Origin: Paracoccaceae bacterium
Lineage (GTDB): Bacteria; Pseudomonadota; Alphaproteobacteria; Rhodobacterales; Rhodobacteraceae
Direction of reading: 5' to 3'
Length of the DNA stretch: 64,000 nucleotides
NCBI GenBank assembly: GCA_023259435.1
Contig: JALRHZ010000003.1
Span: 3,058 to 67,057, forward strand
Below the pieces are notes generated by a model. The model was not told where the DNA came from. It did not search any database and saw only the letters and a list, made by a program, of their open reading frames with translations. The first letter of the stretch is position 1, and each line of letters opens with the position of its first letter. Position numbers and translations under genes: made by a program. Positions 48,570 to 59,287 of this stretch are shown here, piece by piece.

Positions 48570-48980
48570 CTAACCGGAGAAAACCGACTTTACGCGCTGG
48601 AACGTGCGGCCAAACCAATTCCGCCGTTTTGGCGCCTGTTGGCCCTGCACTGCTGTTGAACTGTTGTCCACCACGTTTGGAACAGGACGCTCAAGGCCCG
48701 TGTCAAGACTGCGTCCCTGTGGGCGCGGCGTCGCCTGACGGGTATAGATTTCATCTTGTGGAAGGTCCGCCAAATTTGTCCCATTCGGCGTTGGAGTTGG
48801 CAAAGAGGCGAGTGATTTGGGCATACTCAAAGGTTGTTGCGGCACATAAGTCCGCGGGTCCGTCCCGCCAGTTGGAACATAAAAATTCGCACTTGGCACA
48901 GGCCCCGATCGGCTACACCCGACCAAAAGCCCAAAGATCAAAGCAATCTGAACTACGCCCTTCATCCAAGACATCCCCAA
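48570..48980 (-). CDS. small lipoprotein (DUF3035-like)
   Basis: Lipobox LLVGCS and a P/T/Q-rich mature region. Its position between lspA and the M16 pair recurs in alphaproteobacteria (recollection). Confidence 0.6.
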   Translation of the reverse strand: MGMSWMKGVVQIALIFGLLVGCSRSGPVPSANFYVPTGGTDPRTYVPQQPLSMPKSLASLPTPTPNGTNLADLPQDEIYTRQATPRPQGRSLDTGLERPVPNVVDNSSTAVQGQQAPKRRNWFGRTFQRVKSVFSG

Positions 48981-49017
48981 ATGTTTTTAGGTGGTTTAAA
49001 CGATTTCAACCCGCAGG

Positions 49018-49488
49018 TCACGCATCCTTTTTATCAGTGGGGAATGCCGCCAGACCAATCGCGCCGGCAAAAATAAAGATATCTGCAACGTTAAATGCAT
49101 ACGGGTTGTTAAATCCGCAACATGACATGTTCAGAAAATCAACCACTGCCCCATGCATAACTCGGTCAATCGCATTACCCAAAGCGCCCCCAACCAATAG
49201 ACCTGCACAGATTTTCGGCAACAGACTTGGGTTGTCTTTCCGCATCCACATCAAAACGGCACCAGAAATGCCAAGGCTAAGCGCGACAAGCGCCCAGCGC
49301 ATGACATTCGCATCGTTGGAAAACAATCCAAAGTTTATCCCATAGTTCCACGCCATCTTGAAATTCAAAAAGGGGGGAAACACTTCGACGCTGCCGCGTG
49401 TTTGCAAATCTAGACCGTAGAGGATCCAAAGCTTTGACGCTTGGTCACAGACAAACGCAACTATCGCAGTGAGATAAACAGGTTTCAT
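49018..49488 (-). CDS. lspA: lipoprotein signal peptidase II
   Basis: Four TM helices with conserved motifs NYGINFG and GGALGNAIDR. Confidence 0.9.
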   Translation of the reverse strand: MKPVYLTAIVAFVCDQASKLWILYGLDLQTRGSVEVFPPFLNFKMAWNYGINFGLFSNDANVMRWALVALSLGISGAVLMWMRKDNPSLLPKICAGLLVGGALGNAIDRVMHGAVVDFLNMSCCGFNNPYAFNVADIFIFAGAIGLAAFPTDKKDA

Positions 49489-49497
49489 ACCCTCTCC

Positions 49498-51087
49498 TTA
49501 GTGACGGAAATGCCGCATGCCGGTGAACACCATCGCAAGGCCCGCCTCATCTGCGGCGGCGATCACATCCGCGTCCCGCATAGATCCGCCCGGCTGAATG
49601 ATCGCCGTTGCCCCTGCTTCGGCTGCGGTCAACAATCCATCAGCAAATGGGAAAAACGCATCAGATGCGACAACCGAGCCTTGGGTCAATGGCGCCTCTA
49701 GGCCCAGTTCCACGGCCATGTCGAGTGATTTGCGCGCGGCAATTCGGCAACTGTCAACGCGGCTCATTTGTCCGGCGCCAACACCGACGGTCGCGCCATC
49801 TTTGACATAGACAATTGCATTAGACTTTACATGCTTGGCAACTTTCCAAGCAAACAGCAAATCCTTCATTTCCTGATCTGTCGGCGCGCGTTTTGTTACA
49901 ACTTTCAAATCGGTCAAATCCAGAACGCCATTGTCCTTATCCTGCACAAGGTACCCGCCCGCGACCTGACGAATGGTTTGCTGGGCTTGCTTTGGATCGG
50001 CCAAGCCACCCGTTGTCAACAAACGCAGGTTCTTTTTCTCGGCAAACACTTTGATGGCGTCTTGTGTCGCATCTGGAGCGATGACCACCTCTGTGAATAT
50101 CCCTGTGATTTCACGGGCCGTTTCGGCATCCAATGTTTGGTTCAACGCAACAATGCCACCGAATGCAGACGTCCGGTCACAATCAAATGCATTCTTATAA
50201 GCCTCGACCAAAGTCGCGCCCTGAGCAACGCCACATGGATTTGCATGTTTGATAATTGCACAAGCCGCGGATTTTGCGGGATCAAACTCTGAGACCAATT
50301 CAAAGGCTGCATCCGTGTCGTTGATATTGTTGTACGACAACTCTTTTCCCTGATGCTGGATTGCGGTGGCCACACCCGCGCGGTCAGATCCATCAATGTA
50401 AAAGGCGGCTGTCTGATGCGGGTTTTCACCATAGCGCAGGGATTGGGCCAAATTGCCCGCAACCGCCACACGGCGCGGCTCGGTTTTACCGATTGCGCCA
50501 GCCATCCACGTCGAAACAGCGGCATCATAGGCTCCTGTACGCGCATAAGCTCGCTGCGCCATTACTTTACGAAATTGCAAAGTTGTTGCCCCATCATTGG
50601 CCGCCAATTCAGCCAATAGCGCATCATAATCTTCAACATCGACAACGGTCGTGACAAAACCATGGTTCTTGGCCGCGGCACGGATCATCGCAGGCCCACC
50701 AATATCGATATTCTCGATGCAGGTATCATAGTCTGCACCCTTGGCAACGGTTTCTTCAAACGGATATAGGTTTACAACCAACAGGTCGATTGCCCCAATG
50801 CCGTGGGTTTCCATTGCAGCCACGTGGTCATCATTATCCCGCAGCGCAAGCAACCCCCCATGCACCATGGGATGCAATGTTTTCACGCGCCCATCCATCA
50901 TTTCAGGAAACTTGGTCACATCAGCAACATCGCGCACAGGCAGGCCTGCATCACGAATGGCTTTGGCACTGCCGCCAGTTGACAAAAGTTGAATTCCTGC
51001 ATCGGATAAGGCTTTTGCCAAATCAAGCAGTCCAGTTTTATCGGAAACAGAAATTAAAGCACGGCGTACACGAGAAAGATCGGTCAT
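49498..51087 (-). CDS. purH: bifunctional AICAR transformylase / IMP cyclohydrolase
   Basis: [12 protein letters not shown]... MGS-like N-terminus. The C-terminus ends [11 protein letters not shown]. Start taken at [11 protein letters not shown] (51087). Confidence 0.95.
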   Translation of the reverse strand: MTDLSRVRRALISVSDKTGLLDLAKALSDAGIQLLSTGGSAKAIRDAGLPVRDVADVTKFPEMMDGRVKTLHPMVHGGLLALRDNDDHVAAMETHGIGAIDLLVVNLYPFEETVAKGADYDTCIENIDIGGPAMIRAAAKNHGFVTTVVDVEDYDALLAELAANDGATTLQFRKVMAQRAYARTGAYDAAVSTWMAGAIGKTEPRRVAVAGNLAQSLRYGENPHQTAAFYIDGSDRAGVATAIQHQGKELSYNNINDTDAAFELVSEFDPAKSAACAIIKHANPCGVAQGATLVEAYKNAFDCDRTSAFGGIVALNQTLDAETAREITGIFTEVVIAPDATQDAIKVFAEKKNLRLLTTGGLADPKQAQQTIRQVAGGYLVQDKDNGVLDLTDLKVVTKRAPTDQEMKDLLFAWKVAKHVKSNAIVYVKDGATVGVGAGQMSRVDSCRIAARKSLDMAVELGLEAPLTQGSVVASDAFFPFADGLLTAAEAGATAIIQPGGSMRDADVIAAADEAGLAMVFTGMRHFRH

Positions 51088-51104
51088 ATAGATAAGGCCC
51101 AGTT

Positions 51105-52805
51105 TTAGAGTTCTTTGTCGCTCCATGCCATGTCACGAACAGCTATGTCTGTTTCGTGCGCTTTGGCAAGCGACCAGCGAATGCGCGATGCATACTCCAT
51201 TGCGTTCGAAGATAGAACCACCTGTTTCGTCGCACGTGGTCGCAATCTGTTACGCTCTAGATAGACGCTTGGTTCCAGACGCATTTGGCACGAGTCTAAG
51301 GGCCGAAGAACCCAAATCTCTCCACTTTTTAACGCCAAAGAGACCGCCGTCCCACCCAGATCAATTTCTGCGTCGACATCAGGATGCAGATGAAACCGAA
51401 TATCAAAATGCAAACCTTTTAGCTTGCTGGCCTCAAATGCTTTATCAAATGTCTTTTGCTGCGCATCATCAAGGGCAAATAAAGAATCGCCCCCCAAGAC
51501 ACTGCGCCCATCAAGGCTCAGGTCAATTTGACGACTATGGGTTAATCCGTAGGAAGTGACATATCCGTCATGCGCGCCTTCAAAACGGTACCCATCGGCA
51601 ATATGGCTTAGCTCAACTGGTGTGTCTGTTGGCGCATCCACCAAAAGCGCGCGCGTCACGCCGCCAATATTGACCAAAGGCCCCAGACGCGCAGACGATT
51701 GCCCCTCAAGGCATAGGGTAGAATGCGAGGGTGTGGCACGTCCGGCACGACGCCAGTCATCCCCAAAGGTTACACCGGACCCACAGTTGACGATCACGGC
51801 GCGCCGCCCTGATGTAAGTTCAAACGCAAGCGTCGAGGCATGCGCGTTGTGCGATGCGCGACCCGCAGGCGGTGCCAAAGCATCAATTATAACATCACTG
51901 CGCCCCGCAGAGAGACGGGCAAAGCCCATCGCCAAACCTTCGGTTTGCACCTCGCGATTTCCTGACTGCACCAAAGCATGATCCAAGCGCCCTTCGATCC
52001 CGCGACCCCCACCATGAAAGCGTGCCAATTCACCATCAACATGACGCAAAGCCCGCAAGGTCGGGGCAATACGAGAAATCGCATCCAAATGCGTTTTTGC
52101 CGGTGTCCATCCCGCTGCACGCAACGCAGCCGCGGCCCAAGTCAACAGGGTAAACACTTCTAACAATTCTTCTGGGTTCCGCGTTGGAATACCCCCTGTC
52201 TCATCGATATGTTGGCGACATTCGCGTGCAAGTGCAGTTGTGGCCGGCGCAACAAATTCGCCCATTCCTTCCAAAGCAAGCCCTGCATAAATGAGACCCG
52301 TCAATGCTTCAAAGCGCGGCAACCCTGTTGATGTCCGAGACCAACGTTTAGAGAGAAACACGGTTTGACGCCCCATGACGTGGAAAAACCGTTCGCTTTC
52401 TTCGGCTGAGGCCCCACGCAATAGAAAGAGGGCATGATGAACCATGCGGATCACCCGTCGCCCTGTCAGATCCGGAACCCAACCCGCGCCTTTGCCTTTG
52501 CCATATCTTTTGGTCCATTCATGGCACCATAGGCTTGCGGTTTTACGCGCAGGCCCATCGCCAATCGCCGCCAAATCATCAAGCCACGCAAATCCATGCG
52601 CTTCGTCACTGAACCCTAAACTGGGCGCGGCAATATCCCATAAAACAGTGTCTTTTGCCTCGACTAAGTGACCGGCAAATAAAATATTTCCAGCAACAAG
52701 TTGACGTCCCCGCGCGGGGCTTCCGATTGATCTTGGCTCGGGTTGAGACGTAAAACCCGTGGCCGGTGTCGACAGCCCACCTAGACGCGCTATCGTGTAA
52801 TGCAT
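51105..52805 (-). CDS. heparinase II/III-like family protein
   Basis: About 566-aa ORF. Family call is from recollection of the gene conserved between rsmB and purH in related genomes. The start (52805 vs 52847) is uncertain. Confidence 0.6.
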   Translation of the reverse strand: MHYTIARLGGLSTPATGFTSQPEPRSIGSPARGRQLVAGNILFAGHLVEAKDTVLWDIAAPSLGFSDEAHGFAWLDDLAAIGDGPARKTASLWCHEWTKRYGKGKGAGWVPDLTGRRVIRMVHHALFLLRGASAEESERFFHVMGRQTVFLSKRWSRTSTGLPRFEALTGLIYAGLALEGMGEFVAPATTALARECRQHIDETGGIPTRNPEELLEVFTLLTWAAAALRAAGWTPAKTHLDAISRIAPTLRALRHVDGELARFHGGGRGIEGRLDHALVQSGNREVQTEGLAMGFARLSAGRSDVIIDALAPPAGRASHNAHASTLAFELTSGRRAVIVNCGSGVTFGDDWRRAGRATPSHSTLCLEGQSSARLGPLVNIGGVTRALLVDAPTDTPVELSHIADGYRFEGAHDGYVTSYGLTHSRQIDLSLDGRSVLGGDSLFALDDAQQKTFDKAFEASKLKGLHFDIRFHLHPDVDAEIDLGGTAVSLALKSGEIWVLRPLDSCQMRLEPSVYLERNRLRPRATKQVVLSSNAMEYASRIRWSLAKAHETDIAVRDMAWSDKEL

Positions 52806-52925
52806 GAAACGCGTGTATCTGCTGCTTATCGTCGAAAATACTGACACGCTCTGCCCTTGTCCTATATGCTAGAGTACTTTTCTTTATGCATACTGCGAAA
52901 GTTAAGCCTCTGTCATCGGCAGAAA

Positions 52926-54209
52926 TCACGCAGTCTGAGTTTTGCGCAAATAGGCAACATAAAATCCATCAAGACCGCCTTGGGACGACATGAAATCGGG
53001 CCTTAGACGAAGGCCCCCCTCTTCGGTTATCCATTCTTTTGAAATACTTGGACACTCGACAAAAGCACGGTCTGGTTGGAACTCGGGGAACATGTCTAGA
53101 AATTCTTCAACCTGACACTCTCCCTCATCCGGCAACAACGAGCAGGTACAATACACCAACAAACCGCCTTCAGACACAAGAGACGCGGCATGCGCCAACA
53201 TCTGCGCTTGTAAATTTATCAGAGCGCCAAAATTTGATCCATCTTTTGCATGGGGCAAATCTGGATGCCGCCGAATGGTTCCCGTGGCTGAACACGGCGC
53301 ATCCAAAAGAACAACATCATACTGACCAGAGACATCTAATGCGTCCTGCTGCTGCACATCCGCCACCAAACCCGTCCGCTCTAGATTTTCCTGAACCCGC
53401 CCAAGCCGCGTCTGGGAGATATCAACAGATGTGACTTTGGCACCTTGCCCCGACAACTGAAGGGTTTTCCCTCCGGGGGCAGCACAGAGATCTAGGGCAG
53501 TTTTGCCTGTCAGATCCCCCAGCAACCCAACAGGTAACGCTGCAGCTGCGTCTTGCACCCACCACGTCCCTTTTTCAAACTCGGGCAAGGCCGTAACTTG
53601 GACTTGATCCGTAATCCGAATGCTGTGCCCTAGAATAACCTCACCGCCAAGAGCCTGAGCCAATCGATCTGCATCTGACGCTGTTCTTGGGGTGATATCC
53701 AACGGTGCACCCACATAATGGGCCGCCTCAATTGCATGGACCACATCCCCGCCATAGGCATTCACCAAAGGCTTGCGCAGCCAGTTCGGCAATCGAGGAA
53801 CACGCAACTTTGGCCATTCGTCCGAAACTGTCTCGCTTAGTTTACGCAATACTGCATTCACAAGACCCTTCATATGGGCGGTCTTTTTATGAGCCGCAGT
53901 AAGGGACACCGCCTCGTTTACGATCCCATGTGCATCCCCACCCTGAACCAATTCTAGCGTGGCCATGCGCAAAATATTCATCGCACGCAAAGGCGGTTTC
54001 TTACGCAATGCACGCGAAAGAACTTTGTCCAATCGCTCTAGATTGCGTAGCGTATCTTGAACAAGTCTCTGGGCCCGAGCACGCTCTGGGCCTTGGAATT
54101 TGGATAAAACTCCCTCTGCCATCACTTCAGAGACAAGCTTCCCTTCCCCTAAAACATCCATCAAAATGGCGAGTGCTGCGGAACGAGCGGTCTTTTGAGA
54201 AGGGGCCAT
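52926..54209 (-). CDS. rsmB: RsmB/NOP-family SAM-dependent RNA m5C methyltransferase
   Basis: NusB-like N-terminus. SAM motif DLCAAPGGKT. Catalytic motifs DAPCSATG and CTCS. Confidence 0.85.
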   Translation of the reverse strand: MAPSQKTARSAALAILMDVLGEGKLVSEVMAEGVLSKFQGPERARAQRLVQDTLRNLERLDKVLSRALRKKPPLRAMNILRMATLELVQGGDAHGIVNEAVSLTAAHKKTAHMKGLVNAVLRKLSETVSDEWPKLRVPRLPNWLRKPLVNAYGGDVVHAIEAAHYVGAPLDITPRTASDADRLAQALGGEVILGHSIRITDQVQVTALPEFEKGTWWVQDAAAALPVGLLGDLTGKTALDLCAAPGGKTLQLSGQGAKVTSVDISQTRLGRVQENLERTGLVADVQQQDALDVSGQYDVVLLDAPCSATGTIRRHPDLPHAKDGSNFGALINLQAQMLAHAASLVSEGGLLVYCTCSLLPDEGECQVEEFLDMFPEFQPDRAFVECPSISKEWITEEGGLRLRPDFMSSQGGLDGFYVAYLRKTQTA

Positions 54210-54306
54210 AGCACTGTCCTTGCATCTAAGGTTTGCGGGAGTGGGTCATGTTTGCTTTCACGGGTCTTTGCGCCTATATCAAGACCCAAGAGCAAAGGAA
54301 AGTGCG

Positions 54307-54483
54307 ATGACAAGTGAGACCAAGGACATTCCAGAAGCTGCAAAGCGTGCATTAGCTGAGGCTGAAGAACGCCGCAAAGCGAAAGAGGCGCTTGAGCTCC
54401 CCAAAGAATTGGGCGGACGAGACGGCCCAGAGCCAGTACGCTATGGCGATTGGGAGAAAAAAGGCATCGCAATCGATTTTTGA
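54307..54483 (+). CDS. DUF1674 (SDHAF4-like) small protein
   Basis: 58 aa ending RYGDWEKKGIAIDF. An AAGGAA SD lies upstream of the ATG at 54307. Confidence 0.7.
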   Translation: MTSETKDIPEAAKRALAEAEERRKAKEALELPKELGGRDGPEPVRYGDWEKKGIAIDF

Positions 54484-54497
54484 CGGTCACGCGATGC

Positions 54498-54547
54498 GCC
54501 CGTCCAAGGCTTGCCTTGGACAGCGGGCACTTGCCCTCGATGGGCAA
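54498..54547. terminator. two consecutive hairpins in the convergent gap (DUF1674 / fmt), no U-tract
   Basis: GTCCAAGGC/GCCTTGGAC (9 bp) with a 4-bp outer extension, then TTGCCC-TCGAT-GGGCAA. Confidence 0.4.
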
Positions 54548-54556
54548 TGTGACCGC

Positions 54557-55471
54557 TCACCCGTTGAAAATATCGTCCTTTGAGATTGGGTAGCCACGTA
54601 AAAATTCTTCGGTTTCTTGCGCCGATTTTCCCGCGCGCTGCAATTTCAGCAACCTTACACTGTCTTTGCCACATCCCACCACCAGATCATTCGATAGAAC
54701 ACGCCCAATCGGACCGGATTGATCCGGCACGTGACACGACAACAAAACCTTGATCCGTTCTCCGTTGTGCACACTCCACGCGCCAGGAAACGGAGACAAC
54801 CCTCTGATCTTATGATCAACGCGCTCGGCCGGCTCGCTCCAATCGATCTCGGCCTCAGCTTTGTCGATCTTTTTGGCATAGGTTACGCCTTGCTCAGGCT
54901 GTGGCTCTGGGACAAGGTTTGGCAAATTCGACAAAACTTCAACAATGAGGTCTGCTCCTTGCGCAGACAACTTATCGTGCAAGCTCGCTGTGGTATCAAT
55001 TGCCTCAATTGGCATTTCGCGACGCGCCAAAACTTCGCCCGTGTCCAAGCCCGCGTCCATTTGCATGATGCAGGTCCCCGTCTGCGTGTCACCCTCCATA
55101 ATCGCGCGGTGAATAGGGGCAGCACCGCGCCAGCGCGGCAAAAGTGAGGCGTGAATGTTCAAACACCCATGTTTTGGTGCCTTCAAAATAGCCGGAGGCA
55201 ACAGCAAACCATAGGCAACAACGACGGCGATGTCTGCCTGCAAGTCGTGAAATGCCTCTATATCTGATGCCTGCTTAAAGTTGACCGGATGCCTAACGGA
55301 CAAACCCAGCGCGTTTGCGCGCGCGTGAACAGGTGTTGGACGTTCTTTTTTGCCACGGCCCGCAGGGCGCGGAGGTTGGCAATAAACAGATACGATTTCA
55401 TGACCTGCCGCCACCAAAGCGTCTAGCACAGGAACGGAAAACTCTGGAGTTCCCATGAATACGATCTTCAT
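54557..55471 (-). CDS. fmt: methionyl-tRNA formyltransferase
   Basis: [11 protein letters not shown]...L and the catalytic [14 protein letters not shown] motif. Confidence 0.95.
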   Translation of the reverse strand: MKIVFMGTPEFSVPVLDALVAAGHEIVSVYCQPPRPAGRGKKERPTPVHARANALGLSVRHPVNFKQASDIEAFHDLQADIAVVVAYGLLLPPAILKAPKHGCLNIHASLLPRWRGAAPIHRAIMEGDTQTGTCIMQMDAGLDTGEVLARREMPIEAIDTTASLHDKLSAQGADLIVEVLSNLPNLVPEPQPEQGVTYAKKIDKAEAEIDWSEPAERVDHKIRGLSPFPGAWSVHNGERIKVLLSCHVPDQSGPIGRVLSNDLVVGCGKDSVRLLKLQRAGKSAQETEEFLRGYPISKDDIFNG

Positions 55472-55962
55472 GACAGTTTCCGTGCCTTACGCAAAAGCAT
55501 ATCTTGCTTCATTTTGGACAAATGATGGAAATACAACTTGCCGTTCAAATGATCGATTTGATGTTGCACAGAGGTCGCCCACAAGCCAACAAAATCTTTG
55601 CGATCCACGACGCCTTGCTCGTTGATAAAACGCACCGTGACCGCCCGCGGACGTTTGATCTTGGCCGAAACGCCAGGCAGGTTGGGGCTGGCCTCTTCAT
55701 ACTCTCGAAATTCGATCGAGGAATGCAGGATTTCAGGGTTCGCCATTCGGATGGCCTGACCCCGTTCTTTTGATCCATCCACGACTGCAAGCCGCAGCAT
55801 GATCCCGATCTGGGGTGCCGCAAGTCCAACACCTGGCATCGCTTCCATCGTGTCGATCATGTCACCCCAAATCGCGCGAATATCATCTGTGATTTCTGAA
55901 ACGGGCTGTGCAACACTGCGTAGGCGTTTGTCCGGCCAAGGGATGCATTTTTGAATTGCCAT
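55468..55962 (-). CDS. peptide deformylase-like paralog with degenerate active site
   Basis: PDF fold with motif 1 [10 protein letters not shown] intact. Motif 2 reads EASPN instead of EGCLS, and motif 3 reads QHQIDH instead of QHEIDH. Overlaps def by 1 nt and fmt by 4 nt. Confidence 0.85.
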   Translation of the reverse strand: MAIQKCIPWPDKRLRSVAQPVSEITDDIRAIWGDMIDTMEAMPGVGLAAPQIGIMLRLAVVDGSKERGQAIRMANPEILHSSIEFREYEEASPNLPGVSAKIKRPRAVTVRFINEQGVVDRKDFVGLWATSVQHQIDHLNGKLYFHHLSKMKQDMLLRKARKLS

Positions 55963-56495
55963 TAGGCCAAGCCTCGTGCGCGTTCACGTTTCAATTTTTG
56001 CATTTTCCGTGTAATCATTTGACGCTTCATGACGCCAATATGATCGATAAACAACTTGCCGTTCAGATGATCAATCTCATGTTGCACGCAGGTCGCCCAT
56101 AACCCGTCAAACGTCTGTGTCTGCTCGGTTCCATTTGCATCAATCCACCGCACATCCACAACCTTTGGACGTGTCACCTCGGCATATTGATCCGGAATGG
56201 ACAAACAGCCCTCTTCATAAACGTTTATCTCGTCAGAAGAGGCAATGACCTCGGGGTTAAACATCACAACCGGTTGTTTTGGTTCGGTTTCGTCACGGGT
56301 ACAATCCATGACAATAACCCGTTGCAAAACTCCGATCTGCGGGGCGGCAAGACCAATACCCGGTGCGTCATACATCGTCTCTAGCATATCATCGGCCAAT
56401 TTCCGCAATTGGTCCGAAAGATCAGGAACTGCATCACACACCTTTTTCAGGCGCGGGTCGGGGTGAATTAGAATAGGACGTTTCATGTCTTTCAT
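55962..56495 (-). CDS. def: peptide deformylase
   Basis: All three canonical motifs are present: [27 protein letters not shown]. The start may be the ATG at 56486. Confidence 0.93.
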   Translation of the reverse strand: MKDMKRPILIHPDPRLKKVCDAVPDLSDQLRKLADDMLETMYDAPGIGLAAPQIGVLQRVIVMDCTRDETEPKQPVVMFNPEVIASSDEINVYEEGCLSIPDQYAEVTRPKVVDVRWIDANGTEQTQTFDGLWATCVQHEIDHLNGKLFIDHIGVMKRQMITRKMQKLKRERARGLA

Positions 56496-56593
56496 CTAGG
56501 ATACCTCCGCCCAGAAGGCAACGGGGTTGCAACCGCAGAAAACTTCGTTAGCGTGCCAAAAACCGCAAATTCATCTGCATAAGGACCAAAGGC

Positions 56594-57766
56594 ATGAACT
56601 TTGACGAGGAAATCAACCGCGTTGGCACACACTCCATGAAATGGGACATGATGGAACGGTTATACGGTGTTCCTGCCCAAGACGGTATTTCTATGTGGGT
56701 TGCGGATATGGATTTTCGCCCGCCGCAAGCCGTAGAAGACGCTCTTCAGAAAATGCGCGATATCGGGGTGTATGGGTATTATGGGGACGATGCCGATTAC
56801 AAAGCCGCCATTGGGTGGTGGATGAAAACGCGTCACAACTGGGAAATTGATCCCTCTTGGATTTTCACGACACACGGCCTTGTAAACGGAACGGGCCTGT
56901 GCGTGGACACCTTTACCGAACCAGGCGACGGAGTTGTTCTTTTTACTCCGGTGTATCATGCGTTTGCCCGTGTCATTCACGCCGCAGACCGGCAAGTTGT
57001 AGAATGCCCTCTTGTCCTAAACGGTACCCGCTATGAAATGGATTTTGACGCCTATGACGCGCAAATGACTGGCAATGAAAAGATGCTCATTCTGTGTTCA
57101 CCTCACAACCCTGGTGGTCGCGTTTGGAGCATCGAAGAACTTCAGGGGATCGCTGATTTTGCAAAGCGCCATGATCTTATCCTCGTTTCTGACGAAATTC
57201 ACCATGACTTGGTTTTTTCGGGGGAAAAACACACCGTGATGCATTTGGTGGATGACACCATCACAGATCGTTTGGTCATGATGACCGCCACGACAAAGAC
57301 GTTCAACATTGCAGGTGCGCATTCTGGTAACGTGATCATCCCCGATGACGCGTTGCGCGCAAAATTCGCAAAACGCATGGGCGCCTTGGGGATTTCCGCC
57401 AATAGTTTTGGTCTCTTTATGGCCGAGGCTGCCTATTCGCCTGCTGGGGCAGAGTGGCTTGATGCGGCTGTTGCCTATATCCAAGAAAATAGCCGTATTT
57501 TTGACCAAGGTATCGCGCAAATTCCGGGGGTCAGATCGATGCCGCTTGAAGCGACATATTTAGCATGGGTGGATTTTGCCAACACGGGAATGTCTGCGCA
57601 GGAAATTAGGACCCGCATTGAAAAACGGGCCAAAATTGCTTCGAATTATGGTGAGACATTTGGTGCAGGTGGCGACACCTTTATGAGGTTTAACTTGGCC
57701 ACACCGCGCGCTCGGGTCGTAGAGGCCGTTGCGCGACTGCAGGCGGCCTTCTCAGATTTACAATAA
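56594..57766 (+). CDS. PatB/MalY-type PLP-dependent C-S lyase (class I/II aminotransferase fold)
   Basis: N-terminus FDE.I.R.GT.S.KWD, SPHNP.G, and PLP-Lys context TKTFNIAG. Confidence 0.85.
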   Translation: MNFDEEINRVGTHSMKWDMMERLYGVPAQDGISMWVADMDFRPPQAVEDALQKMRDIGVYGYYGDDADYKAAIGWWMKTRHNWEIDPSWIFTTHGLVNGTGLCVDTFTEPGDGVVLFTPVYHAFARVIHAADRQVVECPLVLNGTRYEMDFDAYDAQMTGNEKMLILCSPHNPGGRVWSIEELQGIADFAKRHDLILVSDEIHHDLVFSGEKHTVMHLVDDTITDRLVMMTATTKTFNIAGAHSGNVIIPDDALRAKFAKRMGALGISANSFGLFMAEAAYSPAGAEWLDAAVAYIQENSRIFDQGIAQIPGVRSMPLEATYLAWVDFANTGMSAQEIRTRIEKRAKIASNYGETFGAGGDTFMRFNLATPRARVVEAVARLQAAFSDLQ

Positions 57767-57768
57767 GA

Positions 57769-58113
57769 TTAGGTGAGATACGCAACAGGCGTCTGTGGAT
57801 CCACAACATAATCCACGGGCGCATGTCCTGTGGCTTCTGTGTTTCTTTTAAAGTCAAATCGCGCTTCGTGCTCGTCGAATTCTGATGCAACAATCAGGCA
57901 CTGGGCCACATGGCGCGTCCCATCATACAAATCAACCAAACCGCGTAGTTTTGGGGCGTTTTCGCTATCAAGAGCAAACCCGGTGTCCCATAAACGCGTT
58001 ATTGGAAACCGCTTTGAGTCAAACCCAACACGCAATCGGGTCTTGCGCTGATTTTTAAGGGTTTGCGACTGTGCCAGCTCAGTCATGACTTCTTTTGAAA
58101 AAAAGTTTTCCAT
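57769..58113 (-). CDS. hypothetical protein
   Basis: 114-aa ORF from the ATG at 58113, preceded by an AGGAG SD. No motif recognised. Confidence 0.5.
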   Translation of the reverse strand: MENFFSKEVMTELAQSQTLKNQRKTRLRVGFDSKRFPITRLWDTGFALDSENAPKLRGLVDLYDGTRHVAQCLIVASEFDEHEARFDFKRNTEATGHAPVDYVVDPQTPVAYLT

Positions 58114-58312
58114 TACGTTCTCCTGCTTCCCTGAATAGAAGTGTGTAGCGAAAAACGTGAAAAGCAAGTTACCCTTATGCTTGGGGCACATATCCTTTTT
58201 TCCGCATCGGGGAAAAGCCATTGTGCGAATCTGCACAGGCTATGCGCGCTCGTCTTGGTTTATAAAAGAATTACATGGGCTTAGGTATGCGGAAACAGAA
58301 AAGGTAGATTCT

Positions 58313-59287
58313 ATGGGACTATTAGTAGACGGCACATGGCATGATGTTTGGTATGACACAAAAGCCACACGTGGTAAATTTGTGCGCAGCGAAGCCCAAT
58401 TTCGGAACTGGGTCACAGCCGATGGCACAGCAGGCCCAACTGGCTCTGCCGGTTTTAAGGCCGAATCGGGACGCTATCACCTATATGTAAGTTATGCTTG
58501 CCCATGGGCGCATCGCACCTTGATTTTCCGCACTCTAAAGGGGCTTGAACCGCACATATCTGTGTCGGCAGTGCATCCAGATATGCTTGACAAGGGATGG
58601 ACCTTTGAAACCGATGATCATGGGGCGACAGGGGATCACCTGTTTGGATTTGAGTACATGCATCAGGTCTATACAAAAGCACAACCAGATGTCAGCACGC
58701 GCGTAACTGTTCCAGTCCTATGGGACACGAGAACACAGACAATCGTAAGCAATGAAAGCTCTGAGATTATTCGAATGTTCAATTCAGCATTCGATCACAT
58801 CACAGGCAACACAGATGATTATTGGCCACATGAATTGCGAGACCAGATCGCGCCCATCAATGACCGCATCTATGACACATTAAACAACGGTGTCTACAAA
58901 GCCGGCTTTGCCACGACCCAAAGCGCTTATGATGATGCAATCGGACCTTTATTCGACACGCTTGATTGGATTGAGGATCTTCTCTCACGGCAACGCTATC
59001 TTGCAGGTGAGCGCATCACCGAAGCAGATTGGCGATTGTTCACGACCCTAGTTCGGTTCGATAAGGTCTATCACCTTCATTTCAAATGTAATCGTAAGCG
59101 GATCATCGATTACCCCGCGATCTGGGATTATGTCCGCGAGCTTTATCAGTGGGATGGCGTAAAAGAGACTGTGAATTTTGCGCATATTGTGCGGCACTAT
59201 CACTATAGCCATGACACCATAAATCCAAATCGCATTATCCCGATCAATCCGGATATCGATTTCGACGTTCCACATACGCGCGGCTAG
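58313..59287 (+). CDS. yqjG: glutathionyl-hydroquinone reductase (Xi-class GST, YqjG/ECM4-like)
   Basis: Xi-class signature GRYHLYVSYACPWAHR. Start taken at MGLLVDGTWHD (58313). Confidence 0.85.
   Translation: MGLLVDGTWHDVWYDTKATRGKFVRSEAQFRNWVTADGTAGPTGSAGFKAESGRYHLYVSYACPWAHRTLIFRTLKGLEPHISVSAVHPDMLDKGWTFETDDHGATGDHLFGFEYMHQVYTKAQPDVSTRVTVPVLWDTRTQTIVSNESSEIIRMFNSAFDHITGNTDDYWPHELRDQIAPINDRIYDTLNNGVYKAGFATTQSAYDDAIGPLFDTLDWIEDLLSRQRYLAGERITEADWRLFTTLVRFDKVYHLHFKCNRKRIIDYPAIWDYVRELYQWDGVKETVNFAHIVRHYHYSHDTINPNRIIPINPDIDFDVPHTRG

Noticed and set aside
48497-49345. Long antisense ORFs: 282 aa here, plus 43670-44296 (208 aa), 7101-7670 (189 aa), 22226-22750 (174 aa) and 49768-50292 (174 aa)
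   Set aside because: Each lies opposite a gene with unmistakable family motifs (lspA/DUF3035, imuB, T1SS ABC, fadH, purH). Each has the Arg/Ser/Pro/Ala-rich composition typical of non-coding frames. None has a convincing SD.
51088-51126. ZTP (pfl) riboswitch or N-terminal extension upstream of purH
   Set aside because: Only 17 nt separate the upstream stop (51105) from the purH ATG at 51087, leaving no room for a riboswitch. The 13-codon extension in the ORF track overlaps the upstream gene and precedes the conserved N-terminus.
56496-56593. SAM-II or other Met-related riboswitch upstream of the PatB/MalY-like C-S lyase
   Set aside because: The conserved SAM-II elements (for example the AAAGCU segment and pseudoknot partners) were not seen. 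The spacer also has to hold the divergent def promoter.
57769-58113. PilZ (c-di-GMP binding) assignment for the 114-aa hypothetical protein
   Set aside because: No properly spaced RxxxR or D/NxSxxG motif can be found. The assignment would be guesswork.
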